Of a DNA stretch of 64,000 nucleotides, positions 49,948 through 61,600 are shown one piece after another; the first letter of the stretch is position 1, and each line of letters opens with the position of its first letter. The notes under the pieces are model-generated. The model ran no database searches. It worked only from the letters and a program-made list of their open reading frames with translations, and was not told where the DNA came from. The stretch is from Takakia lepidozioides (lineage: Eukaryota > Plantae > Bryophyta): positions 41,788,001 through 41,852,000 of the forward strand of contig CM060731.1 in assembly GCA_030704615.1 (NCBI GenBank). Direction: 5' to 3'. A program made the translations under genes and the position numbers.

Positions 49948-51792
49948 TCAATTACTTTGCATGTCAAAGAGTCTGGGGACCCCCCTGATTTTTGGCTTGA
50001 GGTAAACCTGGCACTTGATGACCTCCCCCAGTACAGAAAAACCAGGTGATACCATGAAGTCCACTTTGGTTGAGAACAGTGCTGCGGAAGCATTACCCTC
50101 TAGCCCAGAATATACAGTCTCCATAAACTTCTCGTCAAATTCAGTGAGTCTCTTGATGCGGAAGATGGTCGGTGCTTGGTGGCATTCAAAGGAAAGCATG
50201 TGAAGCCACCACACATTCTTGGCAGCCTGCAGGAAATCAGCCGTGAGATTATGGGGCCACTCCTCCGCAAATTTCAGTTTTGCTTGGAACATCTGAAGCT
50301 TTGCCTGACAAAACTGGTGGAATCTTCTATTGTAGGCTGCATTTTGGGGATCGGTTGCATCCTCAGCCTTGAAATCCAGTGAAGGCCTCTCAAATTGCAG
50401 CAGGTATCCGAGAGACTGCATGGTGTCACAGGGGACACCGAAGCTGTCTTTGTCGAAGTTGTGAAAGAAAACGTTGCTGACATAGGCCGTCACTCCATAC
50501 ACCAGATCACGAGGTCTGGCAAAAGCGGCCATTGGCAAGAGCTTGTGCAAAATATCTCCCAACTTCCTTCTTTGCCCATCGACACTCGTTGCTTGCGCCT
50601 CATGCATAAACTCTTTAGAGAAAAGCTCCAAATAGCTTCGTGTGGATTGCACACCACATCTGAGAGAGTGAAGTGTCGGCCTTACAGAAGCATCCGAGTA
50701 CTGTACATCTGCCTTACGGCGCTGCTGCGGCTCAAGAGGGGATGCGGAAGTAAAGCGTTGGTGGTACAAGGACATGTTGTTGTGCACGTCACTTGAATTT
50801 GTGGCCATAATCTGCATCGGGCTCCGGATTCCCTGAATGTCTTCCTCTTGCTCGGCCATCACATCTCTCCAAGATACCGTTTGAGAGGTTCTGCATCCTG
50901 TTCTGCAGAATATAACCAAACGTCTTTTGCAAAGTCCCCTCACAGTCCCAAGCCAAGAATGAACTCCAGACTTGTGCCCTTGAGCAAACTCCCTACTTCT
51001 TAAGTTACATCCAAACAAACTCCTTCCAGTATACCTGCTTGCAAGCAGCCGGGAAGAATGCTCTGTCTTAGTAGAACTGAACGAGCATTCTCCAGCCAGC
51101 GAGCATGATGATTTTGGATATACCGGCTCATCCGAAGCTCTCCCAGTATCTGTCAACGAACTGGTTTCGGAATCCTGAGGATGCTGCAATTTGCTATACC
51201 TTATAGGAGATTTGTGTGAGTCTCTCGACTCTGAAGAGTAAGCAGCGGACATCCTTCCAATATTATGTGTTAACAAGGAGGAGGGAGAATTGGATACCAA
51301 GGTGGATGGAGATACTCTAGCGCGGTGAGGCTCCTGGAAAATGGAGGACGAGTCCTGAAATTTAGAATAACCGGAGGATGACGCTTGTGCACTTGTGTGC
51401 GTGCACGCACCGAGTTCTTCCTGTTCTTCGTAGATTGGTGACAGATGTTTGCGCTTATTATGAGCTCCGCTATATGTTCTCATATGCCTCCTCCTACGGA
51501 AAACAGGTGATCTTAGCTGCCTTCCACGGTCATCCAGTAGTCTTGCCTGCAAATTACCCGGTGCCCTTGGCCGGTACTTCCCAAGAAGTACCCATGGTGG
51601 CCTCTGTTCCAATGCTCTTGGCTGCAACAGTGCTCCCTCGGATGTATTAACCCGATGCCCAGATCGGATCGGAGATGCAGGCTTCATGAGAATCTGTTGG
51701 AAATTTGGCCGGTTTACATTATCCTGCCAGTGGTTGGAAGGCTCCACACTTTCCGTAATTTCCTCGTTAGCAGATCTCTTCACTACTGCCAT
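49948..51792 (-). CDS. IRK-interacting protein / GIL1-like protein (conserved C-terminal domain, disordered N-terminus)
   Basis: Open frame of more than 600 codons ending FLQAAKNVWWLHMLSF...IFRI...FDEKFME...VDFMVSPGF...VIKCQVYL. Start codon uncertain. Confidence 0.8.
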   Translation of the reverse strand: MAVVKRSANEEITESVEPSNHWQDNVNRPNFQQILMKPASPIRSGHRVNTSEGALLQPRALEQRPPWVLLGKYRPRAPGNLQARLLDDRGRQLRSPVFRRRRHMRTYSGAHNKRKHLSPIYEEQEELGACTHTSAQASSSGYSKFQDSSSIFQEPHRARVSPSTLVSNSPSSLLTHNIGRMSAAYSSESRDSHKSPIRYSKLQHPQDSETSSLTDTGRASDEPVYPKSSCSLAGECSFSSTKTEHSSRLLASRYTGRSLFGCNLRSREFAQGHKSGVHSWLGTVRGLCKRRLVIFCRTGCRTSQTVSWRDVMAEQEEDIQGIRSPMQIMATNSSDVHNNMSLYHQRFTSASPLEPQQRRKADVQYSDASVRPTLHSLRCGVQSTRSYLELFSKEFMHEAQATSVDGQRRKLGDILHKLLPMAAFARPRDLVYGVTAYVSNVFFHNFDKDSFGVPCDTMQSLGYLLQFERPSLDFKAEDATDPQNAAYNRRFHQFCQAKLQMFQAKLKFAEEWPHNLTADFLQAAKNVWWLHMLSFECHQAPTIFRIKRLTEFDEKFMETVYSGLEGNASAALFSTKVDFMVSPGFSVLGEVIKCQVYLKPKIRGVPRLFDMQSN

Positions 51793-52429
51793 CAATTGCT
51801 CAAGAGGTAATCGCCGGGAGCTAATCAAACGACTTTGACAACTTCACACGACATTTTCTCGGAGATCTCAAGCAGTCTCGGCTGTGAACTCAGGAAGCCA
51901 GTGAACGCCTGTGAGAAATGACACACTTCTCACCAAGATGGCCCTTCCGCCTCTCTCTCTCTCTCTCTTCACTCATCGAATTGCATGCCTGTGAATACAG
52001 AACGCGAGACCTTGCAGAGAAAAGTCATGATCTACACATTTATGGAAGAATGTGCTCTAGATCCCAGCCGCTGGAAAATACTCAGAATCCTTGCCACGCT
52101 CAAGCTCCAAAGACACGCAAAGGCCCATGCACTCCCTCTTCACCTTCCTTTTGTGCGAGACAGACCGTATCTTTTCCGCGAGACCGTCGACTTTATCTTT
52201 TCACGGCTGAGATCTTCTTAAATTATAATCCAACGGTAGAATATGAATCCATATTTGAAATTGTCAACGTCCTTTTCGGCGGAAGGTGGACGATGCTATC
52301 CTCCGACGATCGGAGTATTTATCGTCCTTCTTTCCGACGTCAGAGTTAACTCTCGCGACCAACAACACTGGACGATGTGATTCGTCCGACGATCGGAGCG
52401 TCTATCGTCCTTCCGTCTTACGTCGAAGC

Positions 52430-53085
52430 TCTCTCAACATGCTGCCGTTGCTGCAGTGGTATGGAGGCTTGCAATTGCTTGTCAGAATCGCTGGACAATT
52501 CTCGTCACAACGTCACTCGTGCGATCGATGCATTCATCAAGTCTTTCTATGCGAGCTTCAATGATATCATTGTTGTGATGGCTGTGATCTTGGCTCGCAG
52601 CGCACTGTGCTCCGATTTTTTTCTAAGAACGTACGGATCAGATCGGTTTGCCTCTTCACCATACTCATCTAATTACGTTACAAAGGAGTTTATAAGCGAA
52701 ATCCCATCGGTTAGGGGTCTATGGTAGCATTCAGAGCTCTGTTTCTTTGTGTTATATGATCCGTTCTTATGGTGCGCTGCAGGTACTTGCAGACATCCTT
52801 TTGTTTTGTCATGGATATTGCTGTTGTATGGCCATATAGGTAAGTCTTTGGACAGGATCCACCACGTCGAATCTGAACCATAGCTGTTTTTATCAAGGGA
52901 CTGCATTTTGGTTTGGACACCAGTTTCAGGGAGAGTGCAAGAAGGAAGGCTCCCAGAGTGATTATTGTCATAATCGTTAGGGGAGAACGTTGAAGTCAGC
53001 TGGATTGTGTATTCGGAACTAGTTCGCACTTAATTTCTCCCTTCCAAGAGCCTGCTGTGCGAACGTAATTAAGTTCTATCTTGCT
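52430..53085 (+). pseudogene. Possible degenerate IRKI/GIL1-like paralog, divergently oriented
   Basis: Fragments RAIDAFIKSF, AVVWPYR*VFGQDPP and NVIKFYL occur in the same order as the family motifs; weak. Confidence 0.3.
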
Positions 53086-53864
53086 TTCCTTCCGAGCCAA
53101 TGGAAGAAGGCATGATACCAGTTTTTACACTTTTTAACCTCAGACGAGCCTCATACACAACAGGAAAATATAATGCTCCTGAAGGGAAGAACTAACTCCC
53201 GGCCTCGTGTGCACGTGTTACGCTACGAAGGACAATCTTGGAAAGAGGTAACCTACTTCTCCATTCGAGTTTATAAATTATCGATCAGAGAACAGGGATG
53301 ATGATTTAAGAACGATCATCGCGTGAGAAGCAGCTCAAAGTGCTTCTTTTGGGGTTGGGAGGCACTGGATCCCAAACTTCTGGATACCTGTGCATACATA
53401 TGGAGAGGCCTTACCGTCTGTGATCGGCGACCTGGCAGATGAAGTAGTGCTACTAGCTGTCGTTGCAATATCAACTTGGTCACGTCAATTATTTTAAAAG
53501 ATCAGTTATAGGTTCAATGCAAGACATTCAGATGTGAAGAAGGCGTGGCCACCAGAATGCAAACCTTAACATGTCTTGTGGTACATATTTCCAGTACAGG
53601 AAAGAGGCATCCAGCTCGATATTAAACTTGCATTCCGATCCTGATGATATAAGAGCTTCAGGAAAAGTCTCTGAATCCAAAATCTTGACCATCCGAGTTT
53701 TTTTCTTCTCGTTTTCTTCCTCCTTGGAGGGTTCTTCGTTCGGGACCCCAAAAAAAAGCTTGACCCTGAAGCTAAACCCTGGCTACCGATTAAGGCATGC
53801 TTCAAGTATTGGAAGATTCCCTATGCGCTTTCACGCAATCAAGGTCAAACCATTGAAAAGAAGA

Positions 53865-54060
53865 CTTGAAGTCAATTTGTTGACAAAGCTTGAAAACGCT
53901 GTGGGCACCCATGAAATTTGGGAGAGGGCAACATTAGCATTGAGAGAGGCAGTGGAGGACAAGGGGTATTGATGAGGTAGGTGGTGCATTCTACGGTCCT
54001 AAAATTGACGTGAAGATTGAAGATGGTATTGGACGTAAACGGCAGTGCTCAAGCATCCAG
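53865..54060 (+). pseudogene. Isolated exon of an organellar-type threonyl-tRNA synthetase
   Basis: [17 protein letters not shown]..., then a frameshift, [27 protein letters not shown], followed by a GTAAG donor. Confidence 0.8.
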
Positions 54061-54644
54061 GTAAGAAGGGGAACTTGATTATATCACATCCTAGGTGTTG
54101 CTAATGTGGTACAATAACAACTGGAGTTGGCAATGTCCTCATATACTCGTATGAACAAGTGCACGTAGCTTGTGTTGGGAGTTTAGAAGATGAGGTCTAC
54201 TCAACCATACCAGGGGCATTATCTGGCCAAATGGTTTACCCAGAGGCTTCCTACTCTCTGGAGGAAAGCAACAGAAAAAGTGCGCATTAGCTTAAGGAGG
54301 CATTAGCCCTATTAGATGGAGGGAGGACTTATGTTGGGTGTGTGGCATCAATCGACACCTTCATCTTCACCATGGTAGATTCTTTAGTTGAATCTCTGAT
54401 TGTACAGACATCACATGGAGCCTCCAGGGCCTTTGGGTCACAACGTATCCAATACAAATAGAGAGCTTGCTTGGAGATTTCTTGGAGCTTGAGAAATATC
54501 ATCTGAGTTTGAGGGGAAAGATTTGTAACATAATTGAGTCATGCAGGATGATGTTAAATCAAGTTCAGTTTCCTGAATCAGTCACCTCCATCGTCAATTT
54601 GCTTTCAAAAGAAGAGATGGAAGCAGCAACTCTTCCAGCACTTG

Positions 54645-54765
54645 GGGGGACTTGAGGGCACTATGGAAGGCAGGACAACTGAAAGAGGCGCTGCGTATCT
54701 CGAACGAACGAGGCATTTTGGCAGATTCCACTACCTGTGTCTCTCTCTTGCAGGAGTGCATCAAA
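54645..54765 (+). pseudogene. PPR N-terminal fragment
   Basis: LRALWKAGQLKEALRISNERGILADSTTCVSLLQEC. Confidence 0.55.
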
Positions 54766-57733
54766 GTATTCTTGGCAAAATTTGTTGCAGCCTCCAAGCC
54801 AGAGTCTTGGCAATGATTTTGTTGGAGGAGGAGAGTCATGACTTGACAGATTCCCAGAGCTCTCCCCTTCTATTGCTAAACTAAAACAGAAGCTGTCCTA
54901 TTGGATCTCAATCAACCTATCCTTGGTGGGCAGAGCTTTGATACTTTGATTCAGGTTTTACTAGCCTCCATGTGGTTCATTGCTTCTGTGTGGTCCCTGG
55001 CTCGGCATATGCCCGTTTGGGGCTTGATTTGCGGCCTCCTGCGTTGGTTGCCAGATGGTGTCTCTCACACATTGCTGTGCAAGTGAGAATGAATGTGTAT
55101 ACGCCGACAACATCCCCCACGGTGCAGTAGGTGGAGTTAGTTAGAGGTACGATTTACTGGTACTCTTTGTGGCCACCTTGCTGGACCGGATTGTTTGGCT
55201 AGGCAGGCTGAGCCTATTCATGGTTACATTTCTTACAGACTGTCTGAGACCACTGTCTTGTTGCCACTGTCTGAGACCTTGACATAGTTGCAGCCGGTGG
55301 TCTCAATGGGCATCATCACAACTCACAAGCTTTCCTGCTGCTAAGTCTGCCCGGAGCAATCTGGTTGTGTGATTTCAGCCTTGGCTGCCTTTCCTCCAAA
55401 AACAAAAAAGAGGCTCAGAAACCAGAAGCCAAACCTTCCAAAACTGACCTCAAGTGCAATGAACCTCAAGCATTTGCAACAAACTGAATAAGAACCTCCC
55501 CTGAAACTCCTCCAATTTTCAGTAACAAAACGAGATGCTGAAACAACTTCGCATTTGGTGGCTTGCAACTAACCATTCAAGCCAAGCACCCAAACAGCCA
55601 GAACGTAACGTGGATGTATGAACTTCTTTCCAAACTAATGAACCATCCCAAGCACTTTGTCAACACACAAGGCACCCTGCCCTACCTGACTGTCCAGTGG
55701 GTTTCGACTTTTAAGTGAATCCCTTCCCAATAGAGATGTTTTTGCGCAAGCGATGGCTAAAGTTGACTACCATTCGAGTGGACAATCCCAGTGACCTATC
55801 AATTGGTTTTGTTGAAAGCAAGTAAAGGAATTCAAGAGTGACGATGACATGAAACAAGAATAATTCAGGCTCTGGTAAAATCTGAGGTCTGTAAATGTGC
55901 CCCTTTAGTGACGAGACAAGTTTTCAACACCGACAGATTGATGGAATGTGGTATCTACAAACACTTTCAGCAAATCACATGAATACCCACAGCTTCCCAA
56001 CAGATCATGTTTCTCCAGTCATGGAGCTTAGAATGTAAGGACACAGTTCACAAGCACCACATCTTCAAACAAGATTCTTGACAAAGATGACAAACCTGGT
56101 GTTGCACAACTCCAATGAATTGAAAGTAGGCTGGACTTGCCGTTTTCATCCCTATTCACCTTATGATTTGACAGGCGCACTTGGATTGTGTCATCTGGGA
56201 GCTGCTTGCGTCTCAGTGTACACCACAGAAATCACAAACCAAGGGCAGAAACTTGAAAAAGGAATCAGTTTTTACCGTTAAATATCCGTACGCACGGTAC
56301 TCTGAGGTGAAGAGGCTGTAGGTAGAATTTCCCTTGAAGGCCTAAGTCAATAGATAAGATGTGCTTGGTCAAACATTCAGGTGACAAGGGAGATGTTATA
56401 AACAGAGGTGGGCAAGGATATTACAAGTGCAACAACTGCAAATGTTCAGCTAGGTCAAATGGCCTAAGAAAATCACTAAGGTGTGATCACCACTCTAAAA
56501 ACTGTCAGCCACTCTACACAACGTGCGTTGTTGAAGTAGGTGCAAATATTTGCTCTGGTTATGGAAGTGTACAACTGTATGTAACTGAACCAGTGGACAG
56601 TTCCATGATAAGGTTCCCAAACACAGTCAGAAAGAAGCCAATTGATAACTAAGTCTGGCTTGTATACATGATCATCACAACCCATGAAAGCATCCATTAA
56701 GGTAGTGGCATCTAGAAGTGTGCGCGACCGCACTATGTCCCCTATTTTTGATGAATGAAGTCACCCTTTTCATCCTAGTACTGTGCACTTTTGTAAAGGA
56801 GGCGATTCAAGGTTAATTATTGCTTTGGATTAGGTACGATGTGAGGCGTTTTGGAGTACAAGGGGCTTATTTAATGGTGCATTAGTGAAGCTAATTACAT
56901 AGCAGCCTATTGATTCTTATTTCAAATTCCTAATTTGTTTTTGAAAGTGGAGGCCAGTGTTTTGGGACAATGGCCAATTAATACAGCACCCAAGCATCAA
57001 TGCAAATGGGATGCACAGTGCACCTTATATAGTGTTACAATGCACACATTTTTATCATGCTTCCGTTGCCAAGGATGAGGGAAGAATGGGAAATGAGGGA
57101 GTTGTGGAGTCTTCTAGCTGTGTCCACGCGGTCGGCTAGTTTAGGGTTCTCAGATGGCCATATATGAGGAGTTGTAGGTCAACTCAGGGCATACTTAAGG
57201 GTCCTACTTGGAGTTGTATATGGTCAGATTTTGCACAGGTCGTCATCCCTCCAAAGGAAAGTTATGGGTCCTTCCATAAGTAGATGTGCCCAATCCCGCG
57301 TTGGGAGACCGTTACTTTTGGGCCCACACATGGCCTAGTTTTGTTAATTTTTGGGACAGTTGTAGGTGCACATTTTGTGCACTCAGAGCAACTTAAAGCA
57401 CATATCAAGGAGGATTATATGGCATTATAGGATGGACCTACTGAGTAGTAGTGGGATAATATGCACTTTGATTTTGATAATTCATATATAATACATCCAT
57501 GATTGGAAAATTATGTGCTTTGCTCAAATGATTGTTGCTTCATTTGCTATTCTGCTCATATAATTTTTGTGACACTACACCCTCCGAGGAGTTGCACACT
57601 GCTTAAAAGCACACTTCAAGATACCACTACCTTAGCCAAATCTCACAGCCGCCTAACACTAGTAGGAAATGGGTGACTATTGACATTGTTTAAAGGGCGT
57701 ATGCTAGCAAATGTCCATGCTCTTTTAGCATAG

Positions 57734-58167
57734 TTACAGCTCAAATCCCAAGAACTTCACTGGCATTAGACCCATGCATGGCATTATCCCATCTGATGTT
57801 GGGGACAGTTTGAGGCATGTAGCTCGGGTAGCATCAATCACTGCTCCTTCATAATCCCCCAAAAGGTATTTCACATAGCCGCGATGCTTCAATACCTCAT
57901 AGTCCCCACCTTGGGATAAGGCATTTGCACAATCAAGGTCGGTTAATGATCCATCAAAGCCTTCCATGTGCCCACTTCACTATTCCATGTTCTTGCCAAC
58001 GAAAGCCAATAGAATCACACAATTCGATAGCCTTGTTGAGATCAACCAATGCTGCCGGATAATCGCCACTCAACGCCTTCAACACTCCACGAAGACTGTA
58101 ACATGACACATAACTCAGCTTGAGAGTAGAAGTCGATATCAAACTACATGTTTCAAATGCTTGCACT
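57734..58167 (-). pseudogene. TPR-repeat exon (frameshifted)
   Basis: RGVLKALSGDYPAALVDLNKAIEL and RGYVKYLLGDYEGAVIDATRA. Confidence 0.7.
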
Positions 58168-58613
58168 CTAGAGGGCCAATATCAACATCTCAACCTTGTC
58201 GCTCATACTATAGTAAGACATGTTTTTTATTCAAGACACTTCCTGTGCAATACTAAGATCTCAATTTTCACATGAATTTTTTTGGCTGTGATTGTCATTA
58301 ATGCATAATTATAACTAGTTGGTTTGAACTATACTCTAGTAATTATAAGAAAACAATGTTACATTCAATCAAAATAAATACCACTTCAAACTGCACTAAC
58401 ATTAGCTCAACACCAATGTAAAGATTAACACTCAATCCATTCCAATTACAACAAGTTGTATTTTGAAAGTTTTCAAAAATTCTCAATAAAAAATTAGATG
58501 AAATTTTCAATCCTTACACACATTCCTAGTTCAATATCAGCTCTCTTCTCAAATATCCTTGACTCATCTGAACAATTTCATATGAGTATGCCCAATTTCA
58601 AATGCACATATAC

Positions 58614-61600
58614 CTCATAACATCACCATTGTTCGGCCGGACTTGATCCAACAAATTGAGATTTGATAGGCTCAAATGATATGTGTTGTCACAATTTCCA
58701 AGTGGTCTCATCCAACAAATTGAGTTGTCAATGACATAGAAACAACCGTTTGGCAAATTTGAAACCGATTCTTTTGAAAGAATAAGTTTACAACAATTCG
58801 TGATGCGAAACTTTTCAACACAAATCAGATCTCAAAAAGATGTAGGCAAGCTCTCCAAACTCGTAGAGGTCCAAGTATTCGAGGTCTTTCAATTGCCCCG
58901 AGCAGTCAGGCAAGGCTTGTATGTTGCAACAACCCTCAACGACGAGGACTTTTAACCCTTTTGGTTAAACAGCGGAGTCTGGAAGGCCTTTGAGTGTTGT
59001 ACAATTCTTGAGCTGCATGTCTTGGAGACAAATCAATGCTCCGATGGAATCTGGCAAGCTCTCCAAGCTTGTACAAGATTCAAGGTTTAAGTATTTGAGG
59101 TCCTTCAACTGCCCCAAGCAGTCGGGCAAGGCTTGTATGTTGCAACAACCCTCAAGGTCGAGGACTTTTAACGCTGTTAGTTTAACAATGGAGTTTGGAA
59201 GGCCTTTGAGTGTTGTACAATTCTTGAGCCGCATTTTTTGGAGACGAATCAATGCTCCGATGGAATCTGGCAAGCTCTCCAAGCTCGTACAAGATGAGAG
59301 GTCCAACTCTTCGAGGTCCTTCAACTGCCCCAAGCAGTCAGGCAAGGCTTGTATGTTGGAACAACCCTCAAGGACAAGGACTTTTAACGCTGATAATTTA
59401 ACAACAGAGTCTAGAAGGCCTTTGAATGTTGTACAATTCTTGAGCCACATTTTTTGGACAGAAATCAATGCTCCGATGGAATCTGGCAAGCTCTCCAAGC
59501 TCATACAAAATGAGAGGTTCAAGTATTCGAGGTCCTTCAACAGCCCCAAGCAGTCAGGCAAGGCTTGTATGTTGGAACAACCCGCAATGTCGAGGACTTT
59601 TAACGCTGTTAGTTTAACAACGGAGTCTGGAAGGCCTTTGAGTGTTATACGATTCTTGAGCCGTATTTCTTGGAGACGACTGCATGCTACAATGGAATCT
59701 GCCCAACTCTTCAAAGCCATACAAGATGAGAGGTTCAAGTATTCGAGCTCCTTCAACAACCCCAAGCAATCAGGAAAGGTTTGCATGTTCCAAGAACCCT
59801 CAAGGACGAGGACTTTTAACGCCGTTAATTTAACAACGGAGTCTTGAAGGCCTTTGAGTATTGTACAATTCTTGAGCCACATTTTTTGGAGATGAATCAA
59901 TGCTCCGATGGAATCTGGCATGCTCCTCAAGCTCATACAAGATGAGAGGTTCAAGTATTCTAGGTCTTTTAACAACCCTAAGCAGTCAGACAAAGCTTGT
60001 ATGTTGCCACAACCCTCAAGGACGAGGATTTTTAACGCTCCAAGATTAGCAATGGATGCTGGCAGACCTGTGAGTGTTGTACAATTCTTGAGCCACATTT
60101 TTTGGAGATGAATCAATGCTCTGATGGAAATCTGGCAAGCACTCCAAGCTCGTACAAAATGAGAGGTCTAACTCTTCGAGGTCCTTCAAATGCCCCAAGC
60201 AGTCAGGCAAGGCTTGTATGTTGGAACAACCCTCAAGGTAGAGGACTTTTAATGCCGTTAGTTCAACAACAGACTCTGGAAGGCCTTCGAGTGTTGTACA
60301 ATTCTTGAGCCGTATTTTTTGGAGACGAATCAATGCATTGATGGAATCTGGCAAGCTCTCCAAGCTCGTACAAAATGAGAGGTTCAAGTATTCGAGATCC
60401 TTCAACAACCCCAAGCAGTCAGGCAAGACTTTTATGTTGGAACAACTCTCAAGGACGAGGACTTTTAACGCTGTTAGTTTAACAACAGAGTTCGGAAGGC
60501 CTTTGAGTGTTATACAATTCTTGAGCCGCATATTTTGGAGACGAATCAATGCTCCGATTGAATCTGGCAAGCTCTCCAAGCTCGTACAAAATTAGAGGTT
60601 CAAGTATTCGAGGTCCTTCAATAGCCCCAAGCAGTCAGGCAAGGCTTGTATGTTGGAACAACCCTCAAGGACGAGGACTCTACTAGTTTAACAACGGAGT
60701 GTTGTACAATTCTTCAGCCACATTTTTTGGAGACGAATCAATGCTCCGATTTTATCTGACAAACTCTCCAAGTTCGTACAAAATGAGAGTTTCAAGTATT
60801 CGAGCATCTTCAACTGTCCCAAACAGTCAAGCAAGGCTTGTATGTTGCAACAACCCTCAAGGTCGAGGACTTTTTACGCTGTTAGTTTAACAACGGAGTC
60901 TGGAAGGCCTTTGAGTGTTGCCCAATTCTTGAGCCGTATTTCTTGGAGACGAATGCATGCTACAATGGAATCTGGCCAGCTTTCCAAGGTCGTACAAGAT
61001 GAGAGGTTCAAGTATTCAAGCTCCTTCAACAACCCCAAGCAGTCAGGCAAGGCTTGTATGTTTGAACAACCCTCAAGGACGAGGACTTTTAACACTGTTA
61101 GTTTAACAACGGAGTCTGGAAGGCGTTTGAGTGTTGTACAATTCTTGAGCCACATTTTTGGAGACGAATCAATGCTCCGATGGAATCTGGCAAGCTCTCC
61201 AAGCTCGTACAAGATGAGAGGTCCAAGTACTCGAGGTCCTTCAACTGCCCCAAGCAGTCGGGCAAGGTTTGTAGGTTGGAACAACCCTCAAGGTTGAGGA
61301 CTTTTAACGCTGTTTTTTAACAAGGGAGTCTAGAAAGTGTTGTACAATTCTTGAGCCACATTTTTTGGAGACGAATCAATGCTCCAATGGAATCTGGCAA
61401 GCTCTCCAAGCTCATACAAGATTCGAGCTTCGAGCTTCTTCAACACCCCAAGCAGTCAGTCAAGGCTTGTATGTTGCAACAATCCTCAAGGTCGAGGACT
61501 TTTAACGCTGTTAGTTTAACAACGGAGTTTGGAAGGCCTTTGAGTGTTGTACAATTCTTGAGCCGCATCTTTTGGAGACGAATCAATGCTCCGATGGAAT

